Both the position numbers and the translations under genes were made by a program. From Felis catus (Eukaryota), in contig NC_058376.1 of NCBI RefSeq assembly GCF_018350175.1, forward strand, positions 133,734,001-133,798,000: a DNA stretch of 64,000 bases. Reading direction: 5' to 3'. The stretch's first letter is position 1, and every line of letters starts with the position of its first letter. The notes beneath the pieces were generated by a model, which made no database searches, was not told where the DNA came from, and saw only the letters and a program-made list of their open reading frames with translations. Below are positions 25,248 through 38,289 of this stretch, piece by piece.

Positions 25248-25740
25248 AGGTATATACCCAAATGTACTAGATTGAAAGATATGTACAAGAATGCTTATAT
25301 AGCAGCATTAACTGTAACAGCCCCAAACTCAAAATGCCCATCTTGTAAAATAGCATATCATATAATGGAATACTATAAAGAAAAAAAAAACAGAAAGAAA
25401 GAACAAAATGAACAGATAACTGCTACATGTGCCACGCCAGTGTCTCAAGCATAATGTTCAGGGAAAGACACCAGAGGTAAAGCAATACATGTCGTATGAT
25501 TCCATTTATATAAGTGCAAAAACAGGCAGACTAATTTGTGATGATAAAAATCAGAATAGTGGTTACATTTGAGGCTAATAACTGGGAGGTGGAACCAATA
25601 ATAATTTTGGTGCTGGGTGACAGTAATTTTTGGCTGCTGGATCTGGGGATGCTTTTGAGAGTGGGCATGTCGTAAGAATCCATTGAATTGTATACACTCA
25701 TGATATTTCTGGGGGTACATCATACTTCAATAAAGAAGTT
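25248..25740 (+). mobile_element. Ancient L1ME-like 3' end, sense orientation
   Basis: aggtatataccca...tatgattccatttatataag...tcagaatagtggttac...catacttcaataaa. Confidence 0.8.
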
Positions 25741-28700
25741 GATTTGAACAAGTCCATTGTGAAAATTAATCACAGTCAGGTGCTTTATTGGCTACTCCAC
25801 TCTGCAGTAGGTGACAGACAGTGCCTTTCACAGTGTGCTGCTGTCTGTTGATCAATACGTGAAATGTCTTTTAGCTGCAGTGGAACGTTTGTGCTGTGGT
25901 AGGACCCGGCGGAGTCCTGAGCTGAGTGATGTCGCAGAGCGCAGGTAGAGGGAGGTGCAGCCTGCTGGAGTAATGTGAAGACCGTTTCTTCATGGACTGT
26001 ATCGAGGGCACATAAGTCATGGGACCTGGGTGGGAAGGTGACTCCGTGGCGAAGGGCGTCCTGGTCACTGTAGTCAGTTTTACGCTACTGTGATTGCTGG
26101 GGATATGCATGACTTGTTGGTGTCGTGTTGAGCATCTTAATCTGTTCAGGTGCGCTCAGAAGGTTTAATATTCGAAAGTGTGCCACTCATACAAAACTTT
26201 GAGAACCACTCATTTGTGGAGCACCTGTTCTCTGCATGACAGTTTTCTAGAGTGCGCTTTTTGGTCTCAAAAGCAGTTAGCAAACAGAAACCAGTTATCC
26301 AGGTCTTTAAGACAAAAGTGAGAGTTGTTTGATTACCTCTGAATGCCTAGACTCCCAGACGGTCAGCATACGGTTTTAGCTCTACTGAACACTTACCTTG
26401 TCCCATCTGACAATTCTTCCTGGTGGGGAAAACACCAAATCTTTAGATGGGTCATTTTAGGACACCAGAATTAAATCTGATCTCTAGCACTAATAATGTG
26501 TAGATCTACTCAAGTCCAATTAAATTAGACTTTTGGGGGGGTTTCCTAAAGTGCCCTGGGAAATTTTAAGGTATAGCTAGGGTTAAGAACGGCTCTGAAG
26601 GCTTTCTCCTATATTAGGTCTTCACTGCATTTAGCTCTGTTACATATGAGTTAACAGGCAGCTCCAGGATTACACAGTGACAGGCTAGTGGTGATCCTGT
26701 GGTTGGTGGGGGACAGGGGTAGGGCAAAACCTTCAGCTATCTCACAGGAGCTTTCCTCTAAGGAGTTGAGCTGCCCTTTTTCTGAGGGGATACAAAATAC
26801 CAAAGAAGGGGAAAAACTCCTTCGTCAAATCTGGAGAGACAGATTTTCAAGTACAAAAATGATGGTCTACACTGTACTCATGATTGTCCCATAAGAATGT
26901 ATTTTTGATCCAAGTAAAGGAGTATGTTGTGTCAGTTCCCCCGAAAGGCCTGGGCTGGTTATTCGGAGCCTTGATCTGCCTGGATTAATCATTACTGTGC
27001 AGCACTGCTTCCTCATCCATCTCTTGGCTCTCTTCTATCCCTCATAAGACAAAGGACATCGGCGCACCTATGACATTCTGCACGTGGAGGGAGAACCTCC
27101 CCGCTGGGAATATTTTTTAGGAAGAATTAATTGGACTGAGACATGAGCACTATTTCTAGAGATAGGTGATTGTACATTTCAGATTTTGCTGAAAGGAGTC
27201 TTTGCATTTCCTTTAACCACCTCATCTTGTGTTTAGGTGGCAGCGTGGTAAAAATCCTTTTTACTCACGGAAGATTGTAAATCGACACTTGTGAGACAGG
27301 TATCTATTTGTACGTGTAATTTACGCTGGGGGGAAGAGAACCGATCCAGTGACGCTTCAGCACCCCCCATTGTGGCGGGCTGACATTCTGGGCTGGTATG
27401 TCATGACCTTTGGGTGAACGTCTACTTTCTGAATGCTGTGGCATTTTTCTCACCACATAGCCCCATGCGGTCAAGAAGAATGGCCGTTGAACTCCCAGAG
27501 CATCTGTAAAATATATTTTATTGGCTGCAAAGCGGTAACACGAAAATATCCAGTGTCCCATAGTTATGGCCTTGAGTACCCACCAAGTAACTTTACTCCT
27601 TAGCTTGGTTGCTCTGTTAGCACATCATCACCTTTCACATTTATTCTTTCAGGTCAGGTTTTTTTCTCTTCCACATTGGCATGGGTGGATCTTCCGGCAG
27701 AGGAGCTTGTGTCTGCTCCTCCTGGGCAGGCGCTGCAGAAGAGGTCTGGTATGAGGGCCGGGTCTCTGGGGACTCCAGTCTCTGGAGGCAGGAGGAGTAC
27801 CCACAGTCTGGCAGCAGAAGAGTGTTATGGTGCCTCCTGATCACGATGAAGGCCTGCTTATTAACACATACAATTTGAGGGAGCAGTTCAATTTACTTCT
27901 TTATAAATGGGAAGAACAGTAGAAATGAACTTTAACATTCTTTGGGGGGAAAGCCTATAATCTTTTTGTGAACATTTGGTACTCTGTAATATTTACCAAG
28001 CAAAGAATCTGTAAGGAAAAAAATTCTTTCCTACAGCATAATTAGCCAGATCTTCTTACCCATCTTTGTTAGGGAAGAAAGTATTGTTGAAGAATATTTT
28101 TAAATAGTTAAATAGCCCCTTTGTCCCAAAGAATAGCTGCCATTGATGAACGCTATCCCGAGGGGCCTGGAAACAAGACAGTAAAACAGAGTGGGAGAAG
28201 CAGGGCATATGGGCCTCTGCTGGGCTCCTTACTTCAAAGTAGATGAAAAGTGTCCTTTCTGGGGCAGCGCCCTGACCCCCTGCATTTATCCTGCTGTCCT
28301 CATTGTTACCAGATAGCAAGGCAAAAAAGAGGAAGATGGCTTAGAAGATGTCACCCAATAACAGGGTGTGAGAAAGCTCCTGTCCCCAGAGAGAATTCGG
28401 CAGCTCCTGGGCCCACTATTCCTCGGAACACCAGGGGCCCCTGGATCCATTAATCATGCTCCAAAAGAGCACTTTCAGCCTGCTCCACACCAGGCTATAG
28501 CTAGGAAGAGATGTCATTGCACAGCAAGTTGGAGGAGATCTCTTGTGGCTAGAGGTGCCACCCAACTATGTGAGGGTAGGAATGGGGGTGGGGTGGGTGC
28601 TGGAAGCAGTATCTGGGCAGGCCCTTAATCCACTGGTGGCACACAGTGGTGTGCCAGGGACACTTGGGCACATTTATCAGGAGGCTGTGTTTTAAAGGTG

Positions 28701-30359
28701 ATGGGGAGGAGAACAGAGGTGTAAGGAAAGGTACGGTCAGCTCTGGGGTGCTCTGCCTCTATTGTTGTCAATGGGATGCCCTCCATAAACAGCTCCAGGA
28801 GCTAATTCACGTGAGTGGTCAATTGAAGCTTGGCCCCAAGACGTGTCATGGAGCTGTGGCCCCTGCGCAAATGACAACAGTAGACAGGTTAGCCTGCCTT
28901 GTGGATGTGAGAACTGGACAAGAGGGAGCATCTTGAGAGTGAGAGGAACAGTCAAGCAACTACATTTGCAAGAAGGCTAATTTCATATGTAGAGAGGACA
29001 GCTAATCTAGCCTTAGGCTCTTCTGCTGTCTAAATAGAGCGGTCCCCTGGGGTTAGGTTTAAAACCAACAAGAGAAGAGCCTCAAGTAGGTTGGGAGGCT
29101 GGATTCCCCTAGTTTCCCTGGAGAGGCTCAAATGCAAGATGCGGACTCCAGCCCCAGCAGTCAGGAAGCTGGCCTTAGAGACCAGGGGCTGCCGGTCCAG
29201 AGTTAAGGGCTCTGATTTAGGGTCTGTGCCCCTGTGTCATTGAAAGGACTCTGCTTTCTCCTCTGTTTGCTGTAAGAAATACGAGACTTCTTGCCTGCCA
29301 GATTTCTTACATGTCTTTTGGTCACCTGGGTAAAAGTACTTGTTGCATGACTGATGTGGTAAGTAAAACCTGTGTAGATCTGGGGAGAATCTGTTATCTG
29401 AATGATTCAGTTTCTGCCATTTTGCCGTCGATTTGATTCTCCACGTGAGAAAGGTCCATGCTGTTCCTGTAAGTTTGTTCATAAATCCATTAAACTACTT
29501 GCTCTCCTCCCCTCAAAAACCCCAGCAAAACCTCTATCCTATTTTAAAGGTCATATTGTAATTTTTCCCCTTCTCTTATCGTCCGTAACTTAAAATGTTG
29601 TTTTCAATACTCCGTTCCACCTTATTTGAATATCATGTTTTGGTTTCATATTTTTAATTTCGCTCACTCTTTGACTTTGGTTTGCTTACTGTTTTAAATG
29701 GAAACACTGAACGCCAGGCCTGTGTATTCTCCCTAGTCCATCCTTGTTATTATTTCTCAGCTCTGTGAGCTGGTGGGCTGGCAGGATCATTTTAGTCACC
29801 ACCAGGAGAGTGACCTTGAAGTCTTCATCTCAGTTTCAAAAGGGTCTGTGTAGTAGGTAGCAGTGACTGTGATACTAAAGAAAATCACCTTCGTATTACT
29901 GTGGACGATGGTAAAAATTCAGAGAGAAAAATTCAGGCAGTCTCTTAAGGCAGTAGTAACTTAAATACAGTTATTTCTGTGTTTTTAGTATTTTTCAGTG
30001 GACTTGAAAAGATGATACTTTCATTAGCAAAATTACAAATTACACTTTATTTTTTCCTCATAGAGAGTATCCAATTGAAGACAGAGGATCTGAACTTTAT
30101 CTTATATTTTGCCTTCTAAGAAAATCAGTTAAACTCTTTATATCATCGTATTTTCTATAAACTGAAATGTAGCTACATGTTGGTTGATCTGCTCATTTCA
30201 TCAGTATAATTACCTGATGTTTTGAAATAAGTTTAAAACCCCTAAAGCAAGATGTTTTAAAAACATAAAATGATGGTTAAAAAAAAAACAACAAACCTTC
30301 ATAAACCAAAGGAAAAAAAAATCTGGGCAAATTCATTTGTATGTTAATAACACCTCATA

Positions 30360-30570
30360 TTTGCATAGTTCTTTAATCTCTAGGAGGCACATTTAACATC
30401 AGCTCAGTTTCCTTTTGCACCTATCTTGTGCAGTAGACATCATTTGGTGGCCCCCATTTTATAGGCGAAATGTGGGGGCTCATGTGTACAAAGTCACATG
30501 CAGTCGCAAGGCTGACCGTGGGCCCCAGAACCCCTGGCCTGCCGTCCGGCCCTCCTTTCACTCTCTTTCC
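30360..30570 (-). mobile_element. MIR fragment
   Basis: Degenerate MIR core cccattttataggcgaaatgtggggg...aaagtcacatg. Confidence 0.45.
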
Positions 30571-32521
30571 ATGCCGCAAGTACCTTCACACAGTTTACTC
30601 ACATAAATCAGGAAGGTGGCTCTTAATTCCTCACCCACTTAACTAACAAGAGACAAAAATAGAAACCCAGTATCATCAGCAACTAATCTTGGGGCAGCAC
30701 GTATTTGAAGTGCTGAGCTGTATGGCTTATTGAGAAACCAGAACTTTTTTTCTGTTGTGAGGGCTCAGAAGTTCAGTGCCTTGAACATTTGTCTCTGGTC
30801 CACTGTTACTTAGAAAAATTAACTGCTTCACTGCTTCTTCTGGTAAGGCAGAGCATCTGTGTGTCCTTGAAGTTAAAAAAATCACCGTTTTGCACTAAAT
30901 TTATTTAGCAGGTTGGAGCTATTTGTCATTCCAAGAGAGCAACAGTATCACACCAGGCCATTCTGGAGGCCACCTGTTGCTTTCAAAAGCTACGTGGAAG
31001 GTGTGGCTCCCGGGTGGCTGGAGACCCTTCAGAATGTGGGGGCTGAGTTGTGCCAACTGTGCTGGGGCAGTACCATTCCCACGGTCATGTGACCCAGGGT
31101 GGAGCTGGTGCCTATGAAGGTCACAGACTGTCCTTCTCCGAGGGAAAGACTCCACTCTCTGGGCCAAGTCTGCATCCCTGACTCTTGGTGGGCAGTGCCT
31201 ACACAAGTGGACAGTTGTTGGCAGGGAAATCTGAGGATGTCCATCCTGTCACCTCCCCACCAGCATCCTTAGCATATGGTCTCATCTCCTGCTTCTCAGA
31301 GAAACCCCTGAGCCTTTGCCTTAAGAGCTGTTCACCAGTCTTCCCTCTGTTATGGTCGGGGGCTGCCTGCCTGCCTTCCCAGCTGTCCCTGTGCCCCAGC
31401 TCCCATTCTCTCCCTCCTGTGCTTGTGTCTCCTCGGTCAGCATGCATACATGCTCACGTTCTTAAACAAGGAACGTAGCAGTAACTTTCCCTCCTCACTC
31501 TTCAGTTCTCTCTTCAGCTGGGTCTTGCAAAAGTGTCTGTGATCTGCTCTGTGTCCTTTTCTTGCATTTACTCCTCCACCATCTGCCACCGGTGAAGGTT
31601 ATCAGGACTCACCATGCCATACTGTTACCAGCCCTGCTTCCCTTATCTCAGGCCTCATCCCGGACAACTTTTCCACAGCCTTAGCTGCAGTTAACTAGGC
31701 ATTCACTGATGAGTCTCCAATTGATGTCTGGAGTCAGATTTGCCCTGGAAGCCCCTGATATATCTGTCTGTTCAGCTCACTCAGCGCACTTCACTGCAGT
31801 GTGTTCAGATCTCGACTTCCTTTTCTTATCCCGCTCCCACCCTCCTCCCTGGTCCTTGTGTGGAGCTATTTAGTGTGGCAAATGGTACCATCATCCATCC
31901 ACCTTTCTTTATGGTCAAAGAATCAGTCTGGATTAAAGAGTATTTTTTTTTAAAGGGACTGGAAAGCTTAAATTATAGCAAGCTCTTCTCTCACAAGAAA
32001 AATGCTTGCATTTACCTTTTTGTCTTTTTTAAAGAAATGATCAGTTCTTTTGATCAGGCTTTTGCGGCTGATGTTTTTAATGTTACTTTTTAGGTTTTTA
32101 TGTTACTTTTAATGTTACTATTAAACTTTAAGTAAGTGCATGATTTCTGTGGCAAGAACATGGGCTGAATTGAACTAAAATGATCTAACTCATAAGTATA
32201 ACTTTGTAATTTGCATTCTAAAATGGCTTGGTTGAAATTGGACAACTGATCTAGGTACTTATCTGCCTCTACCCTCAACCCCCATTAAATTTTGAGAGTC
32301 TCTTCCTACTTGCCATGAATTGATTTACTTAAAGTTACAAAGCAAAATTTAAGTTGTATCTGGCTCAGAACCATTTGTTTCTAATAGGAAAGGTGTTATA
32401 AGTTAGGAATGGGCATATTTGTGAGCCAGGGAGGGACAGTTTTTAAGCATTTTGAAACAGGGTATCCATATGTAGAATTTATTTTCTTTTAAGGTTTCAG
32501 TTTAGAGTCTAATCATCTTTA

Positions 32522-32742
32522 TTTAAAAAAATTTTTTTTTCAACGTTTATTTATTTTTGGGACAGAGAGAGACAGAGCATGAACGGGGGAGGGGCAGAGA
32601 GAGAGGGAGACACAGAATCGGAAACAGGCTCCAGGCTCCGAGCCATCAGCCCAGAGCCGACGCGGGGCTCGAAAACACGGACCGCGAGATCGTGACCTGG
32701 CTGAAGTCGGATGCTTAACCGACTGCGCCACCCAGGCGCCCC
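32522..32742 (-). mobile_element. Young SINEC_Fc-like SINE (left unit of tandem pair)
   Basis: CpG-rich, near-consensus copy ending cccaggcgcccc. Confidence 0.95.
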
Positions 32743-32954
32743 TAAAAATTTTTTTTCAACGTTTTTTATTTATTTTTGGGACAGAGAGAGACAGAGCATG
32801 AACGGGGGAGGGGCAGAGAGAGAGGGAGACACAGAATCGGAAACAGGCTCCAGGCTCCGAGCCATCAGCCCAGAGCCTGACGCGGGGCTCGAACTCACGG
32901 ACCGCGAGATCGTGACCTGGCTGAAGTCGGACGCTTAACCGACTGCGCCACACC
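32743..32954 (-). mobile_element. Young SINEC_Fc-like SINE (right unit, 5' end slightly truncated)
   Basis: Near-identical to the left unit. The pair is flanked by the TSD tagagtctaatcatcttta (32503-32521 and 32955-32973). Confidence 0.95.
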
Positions 32955-33045
32955 TAGAGTCTAATCATCTTTAGACTGGAGCACCAATTCTTATTCTGGG
33001 ACTCGTGATTTGCAATTTTTTTCCCATTGATTTTTGATTTCTTCC

Positions 33046-33271
33046 TTTTTTTTTTTTTTTTTTTTTTAGGTTTTTAAAAATGTTTACTTATTTTTGAGAG
33101 AGAGTGACTGGGGCAGAGGCAGAGAGAGAGGGAGACTGAGAATCCCAAGCAGGCTCTGTTCTGTCAGCGCAGAGTCCCAACGCAGAGCTTGATCTCACCA
33201 ACTGTGAGATCATGACCTGAACTGAAATCAAGAGTCAGACGTTCAACCGACTGAGCCACCCAGGCACTCCC
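33046..33271 (-). mobile_element. Can-SINE
   Basis: Long poly-T, gaatcccaagcaggctct, ends gagccacccaggcactcc. Confidence 0.92.
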
Positions 33272-35912
33272 CCACTTTTTTAAAGATTTTTTTTCCCCCA
33301 TTGATTTCTTTCCTGATGCTTTCAAATTAGTTTCTGTGAAGATTTTTGTGTGTATGTGTTCCAAGATATTACTAAGACTTTGCTGCAGGTGAGTACCAGT
33401 GGGATAGAATGATGCTATGTATGGTCTAGAAGTCGCCACTGGAGTGACTCTCACGTTACAGAATTAGTTTTGTCCCCCTTTGATGGCCACTAAAGCGGGC
33501 CTCTCTTGCCTTGTGACCATGGACATCTGTCTCGTTTCACACTGGAAAATGCTAAGGGCAGCAAAGTACATTGGTGCCCCAGCACTTCAGTTTTGCTTTC
33601 ATCACTGAATTTGGTGAGACACAGAACCCCTAAGCCGGTTGTATAGCCAGGTCCTTGTTAATGAAAACATAGATTCCGCAAAAGCCTGGCGTGCCCAGCT
33701 GCAGGGATGCAGCTGCGTGAGAGGACAGAGCTCCAAAGGCTCAGCCAAGTCGAGTACCATACGGCCAGGTGGGGGAGGACTCGCCAGCAGGGGAGGGTGG
33801 TGGTGAAGTTTTACTTCGGGGAAGTGTCAGGTTGCTTTTGTGGCTGAGTACAGAAGAGGCAGAACACTATTGTAGACATGGCACTATGCGCTCAAGTTGC
33901 CTGTGTCTCTTCTGATATTTTAAAGCAGATCTTGGCAGGACAGGTCCCTTCAGCCTGCAGCTGGGCGAGCCCCTGGGCCTTCTGCATTTCAACCACCTGA
34001 TGCTTTTCAGTTGTTGTGTGTGCACATATTTTCAAAGAATTCGTCTTTCGTGGTCTCTTTTTGGAAAGTATAGTGGTCACGGATATACTTGAAGTGTAGG
34101 ATTGTGGTGGTAAGAAAACCTTGATCCTGTGAAAGAAGGAGCATCTGGACACGGGCCAGCTAATTTGGCTTTGCTTCTGTGCTGAGAAGTCCCGTGTGTC
34201 GTGAGCACCGTAGCTCTCTGTGTGCCTGTTTAGTGTCGTCAAGCCTGCCAGCCAGTAATCCTCCCCTGAAAACAGTTGATGCACTGACTGCACACAGAGC
34301 TGTCGGTTTGGTCAGGCCCGGGGCCGTGACTTTTACTCCTTCCCCTTTTTGAGAGATCTTAACAAAAAGTGGGAGCAGACCGTGGAGTGCATTTGGTTAA
34401 TAACACTGAGGACAAATGTGAGGAGAGTGTGTGCGCGAGAGTGTGCATGCGTGTTTTCAGAAAGGGAAAACCCCGTTTTCAGGGGGGAGGAGCTTATGGA
34501 TGGGTCGGCATATTTGGTGGTTTTCTGGCTCCCTGCATGTGAGTAAGGTCCGTCTTCCAGTTCGAGGCTTTGCCATCACTACGATGGATGCTGCTGAAAC
34601 ACTGGCAGTGCCTTTGCTCAGTTGCCGTCCTGGAAGCGCTGCGTGGAAGCAGAAAACCAAGTTGAACGGTGTGCTAGATAGAGTCAGTGACACAGCTGTG
34701 GCAGCCTTTGTGCGGGCAGAAGCCAGGAGACTCCGAGAACAACAGCAGCACACCTTTGAAGGTGATTTTGGTTCTGGCAGCCTTGTGTTGAAATGTGTAC
34801 TGAACCGCCCTTCGTGGCACAGATAGGCTCGGCGGTGCCGTCCTTGCCCCAGAAAGCCCAGGGTGTGTGGGCACAGGCCGTGATGAAAAGTGGATGGAAC
34901 CGCAAGAGGTCTGGGGGATTTTCACACTCATCGCTCATGCCTGTGCCAGTCTGCTGGCAAAGCTGGGCTGTGATTCCACCGGCACTACATGCCTTTCATC
35001 GTTAAAACAAAAACTAGAAGTCGAAGCTGCTTGAATGTTGGAAGACCAGGATCCAATGTCAGCTTCCTATCAAACCAAAGTAGCTGCCCTCTAAGTGCAA
35101 CTTTCTGGTAATATCTGGTGTACTTTTTGTTTTATCTGCACTATTTAGATTTCTTTTATTTTTTTTTTTCAGAAGCAACCAGTTAATTTTTGCATTTAAA
35201 GTGGGAGTGAGAGTATTATTTACAAAAATTTTAAATCTTCTATGTATGAGAAATGGGTTTCCAGTGATGGAATTAATTGCATGCAGAATTGGGTGGGTAT
35301 GCGCGTGCGTTTCTGAGAAGTTTTTGTCAGATTTCCAAAGGCATCTGAAATTTAAAAAGCAACCAAACAACTGATTCGGAACAAAGCTGTGCTATTGTAG
35401 CAGCCCCAGCTTGCTGTTTAAGTATCCTCAGAATATTAACAGTTATACAGGATCCCATTAGTTCTGTGCCCCATCCTCAGGGGCAACTGGAGGAAGGAAG
35501 GTGATGGGAAGGAAGAGGTCCCTACAAATGGAGTAGTTGCTGACAGGTGCCCATCACCCTCCACGCCCAGCAAAGGTACCACTAACCATCTTCTACTTTG
35601 AGAAGCATAATCCATATCTACACAGAGAGGTTTCTNNNNNNNNNNNNNNNNNNNNNNNNNNNNNNNNNNNNNNNNNNNNNNNNNNNNNNNNNNNNNNNNN
35701 NNNNNNNNNNNNNNNNNNNNNNNNNNNNNNNNNNNNNNNNNNNNNNNNNNNNNNNNNNNNNNNNNNNNNNNNNNNNNNNNNNNNNNNNNNNNNNNNNNNN
35801 NNNNNNNNNNNNNNNNNNNNNNNNNNNNNNNNNNNNNNNNNNNNNNNNNNNNNNNNNNNNNNNNNNNNNNNNNNNNNNNNNNNNNNNNNNNNNNNNNNNN
35901 NNNNNNNNNNNN

Positions 35913-35972
35913 TTGAAAAAATTGCATATAAGTGGGCCTGTGTGGTTCAAACCCATGTTGCTCAAGGGTTAA
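35913..35972. mobile_element. Tigger2/MER8-like DNA transposon terminus next to a gap
   Basis: tataagtgggcctgtgtggttcaaacccatgttgctcaagggttaa resembles the Tigger2 terminal repeat. Confidence 0.65.
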
Positions 35973-35994
35973 GAATGTATGTAGCAACATTGCA

Positions 35995-36242
35995 TATGGA
36001 CTTTCATGGTCCTAGGCCCTTTTCTTTTTGTGGTCTCCTTCCTCCATTTAAAAATCAAATAAAATTATTACAACTATGCTGGTGTAAAGACGAAATTATT
36101 AATATTACATAGTAAAACATTCAGCCTGATAGTTCTTTTTTTCCTTCTGATTTTAAAAGAAATTCAGACATTTTTGTGGGCCCCTAAAAACATTGTGGGC
36201 CTTAAACATTGTGTCTACTGTCCAATGGATAATTTGGCCCTG
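35995..36242 (-). mobile_element. hAT (MER45-like) DNA transposon relic
   Basis: ttctgattttaaaagaaatt...gtgggcccctaaaa...aatggataatttggccctg terminus. Subfamily uncertain. Confidence 0.55.
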
Positions 36243-37179
36243 CCTGGTGTGTGTAGACAATCCCCTCATTTTCTTTCTAAAATGTATGAAGAAGTGGAAC
36301 ATACAGATAGTTGTTCTTTTTATTTCCAGTCTATTATTCTTCAGTAAAGTTGAGTTTTTGAGCATACTGCGAATTTAAATTTTGGAGAGATTTTTGCAAT
36401 TCTTTGCAATTTGTTAATATGTAAATTGTATCTTCATTTTAGATTTTATTGTATTGTTAATTTTTGCAAATAAGTTCATTTTCAAAACTTTAACAAAATT
36501 TGAGTTTTAAAATGAAAAATTTACTCTGTTAACACCAGTAATTTATATTTGAGAGGATGTACTCTTTTGAGTATATGCAATGGAAATATTTAGGCAGTCT
36601 TTCTAGTTTATGTCGTGATTATATAATAGTTTTTACATAATAAATTATTTTCTCAAATAAATTAGTTTTACCTAGGAACTTAGATAATGTCATTTCCTGA
36701 TCTGAGGTGTTTTTTATGAATTCTTTGAGTACAAATCTACTTTAAAAGATAGCAGGCAATAATTTGTGACTTGGAAATTTCAGAGTGGCCAGGGAAAGCA
36801 TGCTAAAAATAGAAACTGTGTTTATTTACTCTCTGCTCCACCCGGTCTAAAATACAGCCATGTGGTTGCAGGCTTGGGGTGGCTGATGATGCCTTGGAGG
36901 GTGTTTTTTTCTTTTTTTTCCTGTCACAGAGTTGAAGAAAGAGATCATCCTTTTAACTTTTGATTCCTGTTTCCTTTTTTTGGTAACTCAGATGAATTGT
37001 TTTCACATGCTGTTATCTGTCAACAAATGAGTTTGACCATGTTAGTTTAGTTTTTGGTTCCTTATCATCTTTCTCTTTATTTATGTGTTTAAGCTCTGTT
37101 TCATGAAAGGAAATTTGAAATTGTGGGTTTTGCTAACAATTATACCTTAGAAATTTGTTAGTTTACAACAGAGTTTTCC

Positions 37180-37352
37180 GGGGTGCCTGGGTGAAGCGTC
37201 TGACTCTTGATTTCAGCTCAGGTCATGATCTCATGGTTCGTGAGTTTGAGCCCCACATCAGGCTCTGCACTCTCTCCCCTGCTCTCTCTGCCCCTCCTCC
37301 GCTTGCCCTCTCTGTCTCTCTCTCTCTAAAAATAAATAAAAATAATTTAAAG
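37180..37352 (+). mobile_element. Can-SINE with internal deletions
   Basis: ggggtgcctgggtgaagcgtctgactcttgatttcagctcagg..., then CT linker and aataaataaa tail. Confidence 0.9.
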
Positions 37353-37754
37353 AAATTACTAAATTTCCTCGTGTCTTTCATGATAGTCTAAAAAGATAGC
37401 TGCTTTATTTGGTCATTGTGTTTAAAAGGGCCTAGAGAATGAGTTTAGTTCTTGCATAGATTTATCACCTAGGAAAGACACAACATTGTGGGACTGAGTG
37501 TTAACCAGACAAGCCTGACATTTGTGTCACGGACCATGGGAATCCTGGAGAAGAAGTGCACAGCTTAATGTAAAGCCGTGACTACCAGAAAGGGGGCCCA
37601 GTGATACCATCGGTGGAATAGCCACACACAGTATTAGTCAGGCGCCTGAAGCGTGTGCCACTCTCAAGATGTTTTGCCCAAATGTTGTTGCTTTGTTAAC
37701 TCTACGGCAAGGCATTAGGGCACCGATGATATCAGTTCCACAGAACATGCTTCG

Positions 37755-37920
37755 GAAGGAGTAGTATGTGGCTTAGGCTTTGGAGTCACCTGCCTTGGTG
37801 TGAATCTAGGGTGGGGTCACCTACTAAACTTCGTTTCCTCTTCTCTAAAATAGGTATAATAATGGAATAGACTTCACTGGATTTTTGTGAGAATTTATTG
37901 AAGATATATATGGAAAACAC
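37755..37920 (+). mobile_element. MIR
   Basis: ggctttggagtcacctgccttggtgtgaatc...gtttcctcttctctaaaataggtataataat. Confidence 0.65.
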
Positions 37921-38289
37921 AACCTTCATAAGAGTCAGTGACTGCTTTTGTACTCACAGAATAATAGGAGAAGAAACTTAACATTTAAGGAGTCATGCCC
38001 TTCAGGTGGAATCTGGCTGTTTACTTACCTTTATCATGACTCCACAAAAGAAATGTCAGTTCACTTCAGTATATCTCATTTCAATTTCTTTCAAAACACA
38101 TTTACTGAATCTTCACTACATTTTTTTTATTTTAGTGATATCTATTAATTCCAGTAATTTATCCCAAGTAATCTTTAAGCAAATAGAAGTGAAACCTAAT
38201 TTGTGGGTACTATCAGGTTGTCATTCTAATTGTGTATTTAATTCCCCTCTCCATTTCCTGGATTCTGTCTCTATTCTCTATGGAAAATA

